DNA of 64,000 bases from Somniosus microcephalus (GCA_052327205.1 CM126207.1:249736001-249800000); one strand, 5' to 3'. Positions 39,401-52,026 are shown, counted from the first letter of the stretch. Made by a program: numbers and translations. Notes: a model not told the origin generated them from the letters alone.

Positions 39401-41685
39401 AATGTAATATTTAAATTACTGCTAGCTAATGCAGGGTGTTCTGTTCATTTCGATTGCTGCCAAGGGTTCAAGGGGGGGAAAAAATTAAAGTAAATTTTTT
39501 TATAATCAAGGTACAACTGCCCTAAGCAGCAAGTGGCACTCATCTAAATAGCCTCTGCCCCTATTATGTCAGTCTTTTATTCTCTGGGCTATTGAATTCA
39601 ATATACAAAAACTCCATCATACAGCAATATAATTTCTGCGTCTGGATAAGGAAGGATTCTGGGTAATTGGTTGGCTGCAGTTCACTCATTGTTCACAGCT
39701 GCCATCAGGAGATTCATAGAGCGTCTGGAGAGATTTCCCCCTTGCGCTTATTCCACCCTAGGAAAAAAGTCATTTGTCTGATTTATTTATGATGCAATGA
39801 AGGTATGCTGAATGGATCAGGATAACCTAACACTGGTCAAACTGTCTGTCAGTAAAGATAAAGTACACTCATACTCCAATGGGCACACAGTTTTAAACCT
39901 TCTCCACACCTAAAACTATAGCCTTTGTTATCATCGTCTCACGCATAACAAGTTCCACCCTATAAAACAAAAACAAAATGGATTTGTGCAGTTCGATGTG
40001 TTCCTATTGTGCAGTGTTGCATTTGTTTAAAATATATGTGCTTGACATTCAATTCAATCTTTTGATGATTTTATAATTTTGCACACCGGTCAGCAAGTGC
40101 AGATTATTAAAGTAATTACTGGCCTTTTTCTTTGCTGCCCCAAATAGCCTTTAACATCACAGGTTAACTGCTTTCTGTCATAATGCAAACATTATTTTCA
40201 TAGTCTATCAGGCACAGTTCCCAAAGCATAAGAAACAGTGATTATTTGTAGGCAAGACTAGCCCCTGCAGGCACGATCTGCTATTGCAATCACAGAGACA
40301 TCAAGTGCTTTGATATTCTGTTTTTGTAGGAAACGTCCATGGAGGGGGTTGTTTATCAAAGCAAATGCTTCATAAACTAGTTACATTTTCACCAGCAAAG
40401 AATAGACTGCATTCTATGAAATACGTGAAATGTAAAATAGTCATGCGATGAATGACAAAAAGAAGCTTTACCACGGCTTTTGGTAAAGTATCAATTCTCT
40501 CTCCTAACTGAATAAGTTACTGTCCCACTCAACAACAGACTAAATTTAACTACATTTCCCTACCACTGTTAGATTAATTTTACTTAGTCAAAAAAACAAT
40601 GTTTTAAATCTTATTGCGCTGCAATAAAAAAAATTCTAACAAATGCTCAGATAGCACCCAAGTGCTAAACAAGGTAACTATAATTACAAAACATGGAAAT
40701 AGAGGCTGTGTCTCTCCTTCATTCAGTTGCCAACACTTATTCCCCCCTTAAAGCTAGTTTTTCTCCCAGAAATGCAGCAGATCGAACCAGAAGTGTTATC
40801 TGAAATATTGCTTTGTCGGTATGTCACGGCAATCACTGTAATTGACTGAGAACATTTTGTTTCTCCTGTAAGTCAAAAATTTGAAGCAGGGAATTATTTA
40901 CAAATATAACAAAATTTGCTGTGTGAAAATATGGGATAAAAAAAAAGAGTACACATTTTGACTGGATAAGTATTTGAAGTGTGTGATTATTAATTTAAAT
41001 GTAGCATTGCAGCTTTTGTTAGTTTTCACCCTAATTAATAATCACATGTACAGACAGATCTGAATGTCATTTGCAGCAACTCAACTTGGCGAAAGAAAAG
41101 TCTGAGAAGGAAAGGAATTCAAAACAAAGAAAAACAGACATGTTTATATAAAAAAACGACTTCTCAATAGCATTCAGCAGTTTAATGGCTTAAGTCTGCT
41201 GTGGCTTGATTCTTCAGTTACTTATCAGATATTCAATCACTTTAAAGGTATGATGGTCCCCCATCAGTCTCTAAGAGAATATACAAGTTTTGCAATTAGT
41301 ACCTTTTTGTTACCAAACCACTCCCCTCTTCACTTCAAGGACCTGTGTAGCCCTGAAAACTTGTCCCTGTGCATATTTTTGTTCATCCAATAAACACCAT
41401 CACACAAGTGAGTTGCTATAATGGGGAAATTTATATATTCCTCAGTGATAATGCATCAAGCTGCAATGATGCTATGGGGGGGGGGGGGGTAATTATAACA
41501 GGCAATGGGTTTCAGTGGGTATCATGTGGACCCAACATCATCATTCTGTGGATTTTATTTGCTGGATCTGATTAACTTATGATTGACGAGCTGCCCGCCC
41601 AATAGTGTTGGTGAGGGGCAGCTAACAGTGTTGGTTATGGGGCAGGATTTTCCAGCAGACCTGCTATGGGCTATTAAAAGCGTAA

Positions 41686-41990
41686 ATGGAAGGATTGAGA
41701 ACCAGAGGACACAGATTTAAGGTGATTGGCAAAAGAACCAAAGGCGACATGAGGGAAAACTTTTTTACGCAGCGAGTGGTTAGGATCTGGAATGCACTGC
41801 CTGAAAGGGTGGTGGAGGCAGACTCATTCGTGGCTTTCAAAAGGGAATTGGATAAGTACCAGAAGGAAAGAAATTTGCAGGGCTACTGGGAAAGGGCGGG
41901 GGAGTGGGACTAGCTGAATTGCTCTAGCAGAGAGTTGGCACGGGCTCCATGGGCCGAATGGCCTCCTTCTGTGTTGTAACCATTCTATGA
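41686..41990 (+). mobile_element. CR1 3' end
   Basis: ORF 41686-41913 RTRGHRFK...NFFTQRVVRIWNALP; tail CATTCTATGAT. Confidence 0.9.
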
Positions 41991-42061
41991 TAAAAGGAAG
42001 GTTGCATTCACACTGCTGACATTGAGATATTTCCAGCAAGTGCTGAGACCAATCTGGAAGA

Positions 42062-42267
42062 TGAGAAGCAAGCCCCCAGGTTTTCTGATACATCCATGGA
42101 GGTCCTAGTGAGGGCAAGGATGGACATCCTCTTTCCATCACATGGGAGAAAGATGCCCAAGCAGAACATTCAACAAGCCTAGAGAGAGGTGGCGGAGGTA
42201 GTCAAAGGAGCATCAACCCTGGGTTCAATGCAGAAAATAGTTGAACAACCCAAGCAGAGCCGCAAAG
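42062..42267 (+). pseudogene. Harbinger Myb/SANT-like DNA-binding protein exon remnant
   Basis: Translates as QAPRFSDTSMEVLV...DILFP.HGRK...QA*REVAEVV...WVQCRK, the Myb_DNA-bind_5-type pattern; followed by donor AAG|GTGAGC, with an acceptor at about 42674. Confidence 0.65.
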
Positions 42268-42819
42268 GTGAGCACAGGTCTTCACGTATCCATTTCTCAG
42301 CATTATAACGGGCAACTGCATTTTCCCAGCAGTCTGAACACTTCCCTCCACTGCACCGTATCCTTGTTCACCAGTCACAAGTGACCACTGTATTACCTCT
42401 CCTTCTCATTCCAATCATACTCTAACCCGATTCTTGCTGCCTTCACAGCAGGCATGAACAGTAGTCAATTCTCACCCGTTAGCAATTACAAAACAATTAA
42501 TTGCTCTGATAACTCCTTTCTTGCTTCATCGTCCAGCTACATTTTTTTCCATTCGAACACCTCCCCATCCTGCTTGCAACTTGCTTTCAGCATGCACATT
42601 GTATGAAGCAGCCCCACACATGTGCACATCCCTTTGCAATAGGCAGGCACTAAATCTCCTCCTCTCTTTCTGCAGGAAAAAGTCGGGATTGGCCCATTAA
42701 CGAGATGGAGCAGGCAGCCCTGGAAATGAGAGGCCAATCAAGAGCAGAAAGCGTCAGAGATTGTGTGGCTGAGGACGACACTGAGCAGGGTGTCTGCCAA
42801 TTACTGTACGCTTCCATTA

Positions 42820-43105
42820 ACATAGAAACATAGAAGATAGGAGCAGGAGTAGGCCATTCGACCCCTCGAGCCTGGTCTGCCATTTAATGAGATCATGGCT
42901 GATCATCCAAATTCAGTACCCTGTCCCTGCTTTCTCCCCATATCCCTTGATCCCTTTAGCCTTAAGAAATATATCCAACTCCTTCTTGAATATATTTAAT
43001 GCATTGGCCTCAACTGCCTTCTGTGGTAGAGAATTCCACAGGTTCACCTCTCTCTGGGTGAAGAAATTCCTCCTCATCTCAGTCCTAAATGGCTTACCCC
43101 TTAAC
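42820..43105 (-). mobile_element. CR1 3' end
   Basis: ORF 42913-43140(-) GKPFRTEMRRNFFTQR...GEKAGTGY; ACATAGAA tail. Confidence 0.92.
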
Positions 43106-44029
43106 CTCAAGCAATTGCACAACCAGTTTGGTAGCTTCATGCTGCTACTGTGTAGCTTGTCAATGCTATGCTAACTCTTGTCCCTTCTTCTTTAGATATT
43201 TCTCAGTATCTGGGCCCTATGGAAGGAAATTTAGAGGAAGGCAATTGTCCAGATGAAGCACCATCCCTCCCAAGCACCAGCACAGAGATTGGCACTCCAG
43301 GTGGGTTAGATAGTGTTTTAGTGGGCTTTGAGCTTGGTGAAGCACCCAGCACGAGTGAACAGGAGTAGCGACTAGAGGAAATGACAGCACATGTGACGGC
43401 TCGCTGGAAGGCAAGCTCTGCTAAGGAGGACAAAGATTCTGACTTCAGGGGCTAGTCTTCAAATGAAAACTCATTTCAGCACACATTAAAATTGTACAAT
43501 GTATTGGAAAACCAGCCAAGGAGTTGCCGTACTGTGTCTTGGAGGAGTCCGCTACCTGCTTGTGTGGTGTTCTGTTGTTGGGCATCTGCACTCTGCAGTC
43601 TACCATGAAGTGTGTGGTCATCTCTGTGGTTCAATGGTTTCAATGTTTTTATTTCAGGGTTGAAGGTGTAGCAAAGGAGAAAATGAAGACTGTTAATGCA
43701 GAGGGGTATTCTGGAACATTTGAGGGGAATCAGGTCAACCAAACCAATCCAGGATACTCACTCTGCACCTGTACACCCTATAAGCTGATACCATGTACAG
43801 TAGGTTGTAATGATATTAATCCATGGTGGATTGTGAACTTGGTGATGATACTTGGAGTGATATTCAGGTAAATATTAGGCCTTCTTCAAGCAGTCCCTTT
43901 CACCTGCTATGTGGTGCGGGAGGCCTTCCATTGCTATTTTAAATCCACAACCACCCATTCCCACTGGGTAGGGGAAATTAAAATTGCTCCTATTATCTGA
44001 AGAATAATTAGAAAAGCCCCACCATTAGT

Positions 44030-44265
44030 GACCGTACCTTCAGCTGTCTCAGCTCTAAGCTCTGAAATTCCCTCGCTAAACCTTTCCGCCTTTCCCTCCT
44101 CCTTTAAGGCATTCTATAAAACCTCTCTCTCTGACCAAGCATTTGGTCACCACCTCTAATATCTCCTCATCTGGCCTGGTGTCAACTTTTGTAATTATGC
44201 TCCCGTGAAGCACCTTGGGACGTTTTACTACGTTAACGGTGCTACATAAATGCAAGTAGTTGTTG
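44030..44265 (+). mobile_element. L2 LINE 3' end
   Basis: GTGAAGCACCTTGGGACGTTTTACTACGTTAACGGTGCTACATAAATGCAAGTAGTTGTTG, an L2-type stem-loop and (TTG)n tail. Confidence 0.8.
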
Positions 44266-44692
44266 TAGAAAACAATTTCTATTAACTTTTTCTAAAATAA
44301 TTTCCTAAATCATTTTTTAAACCAAGAAATTACTTGGTTTTGTGAGATAAACTGAAGAATGCATCAGAAGGTGTGAAATTGGAAGATTATGCTTTGGTGT
44401 AACTCAGATGCAACTGAGTTAAGAATCATCAGGTCAGTTCAATAAAGAAAAATCGCCTTCATATTTTACAAGCTTCCATATACTTTTTATTCCACCCGTA
44501 TAGGTTTTAGTGCAGTAGTTTACAGGTCTAGCATACCACTGCTGGAACTAATTTACAGCACTATTATGCAAGTCTTAGCCCCATCCCGATGAACTGTCAG
44601 CTAACAGTTATTCACTTCCTTCCGAGCTCTTCTCTGTCGTTTTCTCAAGCATGTTCCTCTTTTGTATGAATCTATAGGGACTATTTTATATA

Positions 44693-44901
44693 TCGGCAGA
44701 GGCCAAGCCTTCAGCTGCCTGGACTCCATACACATTAAACCCTTCTGCCTCTCCTCCTTCAACACACTGCTTAAAATCCACTTCTTCGTGATATCTCCCC
44801 TTGTGGCTTCAGTGTCCATTTTTTTCCCTCACCCCCCCTGTGAAGTGCCTTGAGACTTTATTTTCTACGTTAAGGTGCTATGTAAATGCAAGTTGTTGTT
44901 G
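44693..44901 (+). mobile_element. L2 LINE 3' end
   Basis: GCCTTCAGCTGCCT...GTGCTATGTAAATGCAAGTTGTTGTTG. Confidence 0.75.
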
Positions 44902-45713
44902 CACTTCCCGATGATTCTCACCACTGCTCAAGGAGAATCCTTGATTCATCAGCTGCATTATGGGCCATTTTTAAAATTAATCTCCTAAATTCTGCTTCAA
45001 TTGTTAAAAGTTATTAATGTCAAAGTGCTTTTATTTGGTAGCAACTGTTCTTTGGAAAAAAAAAAGATTTGAGGGAAATTTATGTCTTCTTAGATTGTTC
45101 CCAGAGATCTCTCCTGTAATAAATTAAAATGTGCAACTAACTTTGCAAAGTACTACTTTGGTATAGATGGTCAGAGACTTTACGACACTATCCTGTGGTG
45201 TGATTGATGTGGTTAGGATTAGATGCATCATACATGGTTTTACTTTTAGCAATACTACCACCAGCGGTACCTTAGTTTTCTACTTGGCAATAACTGGGGA
45301 CCCACGATCTGGCTCAACCTCCAATGTTCCCTATCTTCAGTAGTTACTCATTTTTCCCATTTGGCACTAGCAATGGCCGAGGGCGGTCCAGTGGAAAATG
45401 CATCGCCATCAGAAAAACGGGTGGAATAAATGTGTTGCATGGCCATTGCTCCTAACTGCTCTCCCCGTCGATTGCTGAAGAAAATGTTGCTGCAGCAATT
45501 TAGCCTTGCTCGGCAAGCATTGAAATAATTAGCTGTGTCTTTCCCCCCATACACAAGATGGAAATACTATCAAAACCTAAATTAAAAGCGCCACTGCCTG
45601 CTCCTTGATGTAGACCATAACACGACTTTACATCTTCTGCTGTATAAAATTAAAGGGACAAGCTAAAACATATAAGCACGAACAAGACATGTAGCCTACA
45701 ACAAAGCTGGATT

Positions 45714-45888
45714 CAACAGCAACAACAACTTGCATTTATATAGCACCTTTAACATAGTAAAAATGTCCCCTGGTGCTCCACAGGAGCATTATCAAACAAA
45801 ATTTGACACAGAGCCACATAAAGAGATATTAGGACAGGTGACCAAAAGGTTGGTCAAAGAGATAGGTTTTAAGTCGATCTTAAAGGGG
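45714..45888 (-). mobile_element. L2 LINE 3' end
   Basis: CAACAACAACTTGCATTTATATAGCACCTTT is the reverse complement of the L2 tail. Confidence 0.8.
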
Positions 45889-45894
45889 ACCTAA

Positions 45895-46735
45895 TCTGAC
45901 AACGCCTCAATTTTAAATTCTCATCCTTGTTTTTAAATCCTTCCATGGCCTCACCCCTCCCTATCTCTGTAACCTCCTCCAGCCCCACAACCCTCTGAGA
46001 TATCTGCGCTCCTCTAATTCTGGCCTCTTGAGCATCCCCGATTTCTCATCTACATGTTGCCCCTCAGCAACATCATTCGAAAACACAAAGTCAGGTTCCA
46101 CATGTATGCTGACGACACCCAGCTCTACCTCACTACCACCTCTCTCAACCCCTCCACTGTCTCTATATTGACATCCAGTACTGGATGAGCAGAAATTTCC
46201 TCCAACTAAATATTGGCAAGGCTGAAGCCATTGTCTTCGGTCCCCGCCACTAACTCCGTTCCCTAGCCACCGACTCCATCCCGCTCCCTAGCCGCTGTCT
46301 GAGGCTGGACCAGGCCGTTCACAAACTTGCCATCCTATTTGACCCTAATAGGAGCTTCCGACCAAGTTTCTAGTCCATCACCAAGACCACATACTTCCAC
46401 CTCCATAAGACTGCCTGACTCCACCCCTGCCTCAGCTCATCTGTTGCTGAGACCCTCATCCATGCCTTTGTTACCTCTAGACTTAACTATTCCAACACTC
46501 TACTAGTTGGCCTCCCATCTTCCACCCGCCACCTACATTGGCTCCCAGTCTGACAACGCCTCAATTTTAAAATTCTCATCCTTGTTTTCAAATCCTTCCA
46601 TGGCCTCACCTCTCCCTATCTCTGTAACCTCCTCCAGCCCCACAACCCTCTGAGATATCTGCGCTCCTCTAATTCTGGCCTCGAGCATCCCTGACTTCTC
46701 ATCACTTGTTGCCCCTCAGCAACATCATCTGAAAT
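45895..46735 (+). mobile_element. Rearranged L2 ORF2 fragment with 654-bp periodic duplication
   Basis: RT motifs [28 protein letters not shown]; 45895-46076 repeated at 46549-46728. Confidence 0.85.
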
Positions 46736-46754
46736 GCCTCTTTGACCAACCTTT

Positions 46755-47099
46755 TGCACTGCAGCAACTCGCCAAGACTTCTTCGGCAGCACCTCCTAAA
46801 CCCGCGACCTCTTCCACCTAGGACAAGGGCAGCAGGCGCATGGCAACACCACCACCTCCAGGCTCCCCTTCAAGTCACACACCATCCTGACTTAGAAATA
46901 TATCGCCGATCCTTCATCGTCACTGGGTCAAAATCCTGGAACTCCCTACCTAACAGCACTGTGGGAGTACCTTCACCACACGCACTGCGGCGGGTCAAGA
47001 AGGCGGCTCACCACCACCTTCTCAAGGGCAATTAGGGATGGGCAATAAATGCTGGCCTTGCCAGCGATGCCCACATCCCATAAACGAATTTTTAAAAAA
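46755..47099 (+). mobile_element. 3' end of CR1-clade LINE
   Basis: ORF 46742-47035 ...HHHLLKGN followed by the shared tail. Confidence 0.85.
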
Positions 47100-47707
47100 T
47101 TGAGCCCATCCAAAACGCTGCTGCCCATATCCTAACTCGCACTAAGTCCCATTCACCCATCACAAAGAAACATATAAAACATAGAAAAATAGGAGCAGGA
47201 GTAGGCCATTCGGCCCTTCAAGCCTGCTCCGCCATTCAATATGATCATGGCTGATCCTCTGCCTCAATACCATATTCCCGCTCTCTCCCTATACCGCTGC
47301 GCTCGCTGACCGACATTGGATCGAGCAACACCTCAATTTTAAAATTCTCATCCTTGTTTTCAAATCCCTCCATGACCGCCCCTCGCTATCTCTGTAACCT
47401 CCTCCAGCCCTACAACCCTTCGAGATCTCTGCTCTCCTCCAATTCTAGTCTCACGCGCAGCTGCTATATTAATCGCTCCACCGCTGGCGGCCGTGCTTTC
47501 AGCTGCCTAGGCCCTAAACTCTGGAATTCCCTCCATAAACCTCTCTACCTTTTTCCGCTCCTTTAAGAGGCTCCCTAAAACATAATCTTTGGCCAAGCTT
47601 TTGGTCATCTGTCCTATTATCTCTTTATGTGGCTTGGTGTCAAATTTTGTTTGGTAACGTTCTTGTGGAGTGCCTTAAAGGTGCTTTATAAGTGCAAGTT
47701 GTTGTTG
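47100..47707 (+). mobile_element. L2 3' portion, interrupted by a minus-strand CR1 tail at about 47165-47293
   Basis: IQNAAA.ILTRT...; GGRAFSCLGPKLWNSL (ORF 47354-47566); GCAAGTTGTTGTTG tail. Confidence 0.85.
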
Positions 47708-48533
47708 AGAGTGAGGTAGAGAGGCGGAGAGGTTTAGGGAGGGACTCGATAGATAAGAATGGAACCAGGCAAGGGCAGTCCCACCCAGCTGGACAATGGA
47801 GGAGCGGCGTTGAAGGAGGATAGTGTAGTCAGGCATATCAAAGGCTGCTGGCAGATTGAGAAGGATGAGGACAGGTAGTGCACCACAGTCACAGTCACAT
47901 AGGATGTCATTTGTCACTTTGATGAGGGCCATTTCAGTGCTGTGGCAGGGGTGGAAATCTGTTTGGAGAGATTCAAACATGGAGTTGCGAGAAAGATGGA
48001 CATGGATTTGGGAGGTGACAACTTTTTTAAAAATTCGTTCATGGGATGTGGGCGTCTCTGGCAAGGCCTGCATTTATTGCCCATCCCTAATTGCCTTTGA
48101 ACAACTGAGTGGCTTGCTAGGCTATTTCAGAGGCAGTTAAGAGTCAACCACATTGCTGTGGGTCCAGACCAGGTAAGGATGGCAGGTTTCCTTCCCAAAA
48201 GGACATTAATGAACCAGATGGGGTTTTACGACAATCCAATAGTTTCATGGTCACCATTACTGATACTAGTTTTTTATTCCAGATTTATTTAATGAACTGA
48301 ATTTAATTCCCCAGCTGCCATGGTAGGATTTGAACTCATATCCCCAGGTCACTAGTCCAGGCCTCTGGATTACTAGTCCAGTAATCTAACCATTACACTA
48401 CCACCCCCCAAAATTCATTCAAGGACTTGAGAGGAAAGGGAGGTTGGAGATGGGGTGGTAGTTTGCAAGGACAGAGGGGTCCAAAGGTGTGTTTTTTTTT
48501 TAAGGAGGTTGATGACAGCAGATTTGAAAGGGA
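47708..48533 (-). mobile_element. L2 RT fragment split by a SINE (47708-48022 and 48413-48533)
   Basis: ORF 47675-48073(-) HSTEMALIKVTND...AAFD...ALAWFHSYLS; the upstream NY.PISNL.F segment lies at 48413-48480. Confidence 0.85.
48023..48405 (-). mobile_element. Near full-length tRNA-derived SINE (MetaSINE/SlmI-like core) with LINE-derived tail
   Basis: Minus strand: A-box-like GGTAGTGTAATGG, B-box-like GAGTTCAAATCC, core CTGGTTCATTAATGTCCTTTTGGGAAGGAAACCTGCC, tail matching the HHHLLKGN LINE 3' UTR. Confidence 0.75.
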
Positions 48534-48544
48534 TTTCCTTTCTT

Positions 48545-48685
48545 GATTTGAAACCAGTTGGATAAATAGTTGAATAGAAATAATTTACAGGGCTATGGGG
48601 GAAGAGCAGGGGCGTGGATGAATTGCATAGGTCTACTGAAGAGCCGGCACAGACACAATGGGCCGAATGGCCTCCTTCTCTGATT
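48545..48685 (+). mobile_element. CR1 3' UTR fragment
   Basis: GGGCTATGGGGGAAGAGCAGGG...ATGGGCCGAATGGCCTCCTTCT, similar to 41880-41970. Confidence 0.75.
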
Positions 48686-49664
48686 TCCAAATTTCATCTA
48701 AATTTGCTCCTTAATTCTTGATTAAACAGTAAACAGAAAAAACAGTATTGCTTTGTAACCTGTATGAGGCATATCATCAGGCAGATATTCACTGGGCAGC
48801 TTTTCATATTAAAATACAGAAAACAGAAAGAGGCTGGAAAGGAAATTAAAGCTATATTCAGGCCCTTTATAGTTTTGTTCCCACAGTAATTAAACAGCCA
48901 ACATACTGGTGAAATGCTTTTGTCTTATGCAGGATGTATACAAACCAATTTAACAATCCAAGTGCAAAAACTGCTGGGAATGTCAGTATGTTTTTTTTAC
49001 ATAAACATCTAACTGAAAATATCGCTAAAATTTCATTCCAGGAAAAATGTCCTATTCAAAGTTATTATTTTTCTGACCACTGTACCGATTGTTGAGATTA
49101 TAACCCCGATAAGCCCATTGCTGTGAGTGGCACGAATGATGACATACGTACTGATTAAACACCTCATTAAATGGAGTTCAGGCGATAATTATTTACTGTT
49201 CTTTTCGTAGATCTAAAACTATATGCTGCTGAGGATCTCAAAAGATAAAATGTGGCTACTCAGTTGAAACATTCATCAGAAATGCAATCTCCCTTGCTCC
49301 AGTTTCTGCATTCATCAAGCTAAAACACATTTACGTCTGTAACCGTTTGAGTTACCAAACTCCTCAACTGAAAAAAATGAACAAAGTGAGTATATTTTCC
49401 TCCTTGAATGGTGTTCATACCTTATTTTGCACAAGGAAATAAAAATGGTGTTGACTTGTCTTATGTGGTAAAGTTTGCTATTGCAGAATCATGGAAGCAG
49501 CTTCATGGGCTGCAAGAGCTACCATCGCTTCCTATTCTAATGTTTAGATAGAAAGAGCCAAATATAACTCATGTTGCTCGTACGAATCGTCTATTTGTAG
49601 CATGGGCCAATAAAACATTTACATTAGCCCAGATGTAAACATTATACTTTCAGCCAAAAATTCA

Positions 49665-49935
49665 TTTGGTCAACTGATCTCAACAAGGATGGCAGTACAG
49701 CTACTCCCTGTAATAGCCCTGGGTCAGGGAGAGGAAAAGTGCAAATGGGTCCTGATCACCATTCAGTGACCCTGACTGGAGATGCATCGTGTGGATGTTG
49801 AGTGAAGATAGGATCAGGCCTGGCTGTGGCACACATTGTGCTCAAATAGCCCCCACCAACACTCACTGAAAAGGCAAAGAAATGAAGAATGCTTATTTGG
49901 CCAAGGTACCAGAAGGCAACGAGTGCCCACTGAAC
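49665..49935 (+). mobile_element. Ancient interspersed repeat (SINE-like)
   Basis: Diverged homolog of 36175-36470(-). Confidence 0.55.
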
Positions 49936-50492
49936 TGTACAAAATAACAAGCAGCAGAGGGGAGAAAATTGGCAGACAAAATTGCTGAGAAAAATATATA
50001 TTTTTTAATAAAAGGGCTGTGAGCTCGGGGCAAAGGAGTGCCAATTCGTGGTAGTTGGGTAATGCAGATTCAAACACTCTCCACTATTTTGCTATAGGGA
50101 TGCCTCGGAGGCCAGACATGCCTCTCCAAAGTGGGTGTGGGGGCAATTATAGGCTGAGAAATCAGATTGCTCTTAATTAGCTCCTCGTAGCCAGTTTCAG
50201 AGAGGTCACCTGCTTGCCTTTATAACTACAAGTGGTGACCTGAGGAATTGAAGGAGAGATAATAGCAGTCAGACCTTCTAAAAAAAAAACTTAAAAACTT
50301 AGGGGGAAAAATTGGCTCGCGCCCCCTTTGGGGCACTAACTTCGCTAGCGCCCTGAAAAGCTTAGCGCCCCCGCACCCGAAAATGAATGGTAGCGCCCCA
50401 AGCAGGAGGCGGGGCGCTACTGGAAGACTTCCCCCTCCCTCTTGGGGCACTCCAGTTCAATATTGCGATGCTATGTGCCGTAGCACCACGGT

Positions 50493-52026
50493 ACATAGAA
50501 ATATAGAAGATAGGAGCAGGAGTAGGCCATTCGGCCCCTCGAGCCCGCTCCACCATTTAATGAGATCCTGGCTGATCATCCAAATTCAGTACCCTGTCCC
50601 TGCTTTCTCTCTATATCCCTTGATCCCTTTAGCCTCAAGAAATATATCCAACCCCTTCTTGAATATATTTAATGAATTGGCCTCAACTGCCCTGTGTGGC
50701 AGAGAATTCCACAGGCTCACCACTCTCTGGGTGAAGAAATTCCTCCTCATCTCAGTCCTAAATGGCTTACCCCTTATCCTTAGACTGTGACCCCTGGTTC
50801 TGGACTCCCCTGCCATCGGGAACATCCTTCCTGCATCCAGTCTGTCTAGTCCTGTTAGAATTTTATAAGTTTCAATGAGATCCCCTCTCATTCTTCTGAA
50901 CTCTAGCGAATTTAAGCCTAATCAACTCCCTCCATGGCAAGAACATCCTTCCTCAGATAAGGCGACCAAAACTGCACACAATACTCAAGATGTGGTCTCA
51001 CCAAGGCCCTGTACAACTGCAGCAAGACATCCTTGTTCCTGTACTCAAACCCTCTCGCTATGAATGCCAACATATCAAGGGGGTTCGAGTATAGGAATAG
51101 GGATACCTTACTACAGCTGTACAAGGTGCTGGTGAGACCGCATCTGGAGTATTGTGTACAGTTTTGGTCGCCCCATCTGCGGAAGGATGTTCTTGCCATG
51201 GAAAGAGTGCAACGGCGATTCACCAGGCTGATACCTGGAATGGCGGGAATGACCTACGAAGAGAGATTAAATAGTTTGGGCTTGTACTCACTGGAGTTTA
51301 GAAGATTGAGAGGGGATCTCATCGAAACATATAAAATTATGGCAGGCCTGGACAGGCTGAATTCAGAGAGAATGTTTCCAATGGCCAGGGAGCACAGAAC
51401 CAGGGGCCACAGTCTAAAAATAGCGGGCAAATCATTTAAAACAGAGATGAGGAAGAATTTCTTCACTCAAAGAGTGGTGAGCCTGTGGAATTCCCTGCCA
51501 CAGAGGGCTGTGAAGGCTAATTCAATAAATATTTTCAAGAGAGAATTGGATATATTTCTGAAGGCTAAGGGGATTAAGGGTTACGGAGAAAAGGCGGGGA
51601 CGGGGTACTGAACTGGTAAGATCAGCTATGATCTCAGACGAGGATCAGCCATGATCTCATTGAATGGCGGAGCAGGCTCGAAGGGCCGAATGGCCTACTC
51701 CTGTTCCTATCTCTATGTTACTATGTAACATACCATTTGCCTTCTTAACCGCCTGCTGCACCTGCATGCTTACCTTCAGCGACTGGTGCACAAGGATACC
51801 CAGGTCTCGTTGCACTTCCCCGTCTCCCAATCGATTGCCATTCAGATAATAATCTGCCTTCCTGTTTTTGCCACTGAAGTGGATAACCTCGCATTTATCC
51901 ACATTATACTGCATTTGCCATGCATCTGCCCAATCACCTAACCTGTCCAAATCATCCTGGAGTTTCTCTGCATCCTCCTCACAGCACACGTCCACCCAGC
52001 TTTGTGTCGTCTGCAAACTTGGATAT
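50493..52026 (-). mobile_element. CR1 LINE 3' part (host), with internal deletion at about 50922 and nested CR1
   Basis: ORFs 51657-52016(-), 50918-51223(-), 50586-50891(-); tail at 50493. Confidence 0.9.
51075..51726 (+). mobile_element. CR1 3' end of a diverged subfamily, inserted antisense into the host CR1
   Basis: Open frame SRGFEYRN...GEKAGTGY*; TSD AACATA (51069-51074, 51727-51732); many synonymous differences from the 59803-60390 copy. Confidence 0.9.

Larger units (their letters stand above)
41484..43990 (+). mobile_element. Degenerate PIF/Harbinger transposon carrying a Myb/SANT-like gene remnant
   Basis: Putative termini GGGGGTAATTATAA / TTAAAATTGCTCC; Myb-like coding remnant inside; two nested CR1 fragments. 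Confidence 0.55.
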
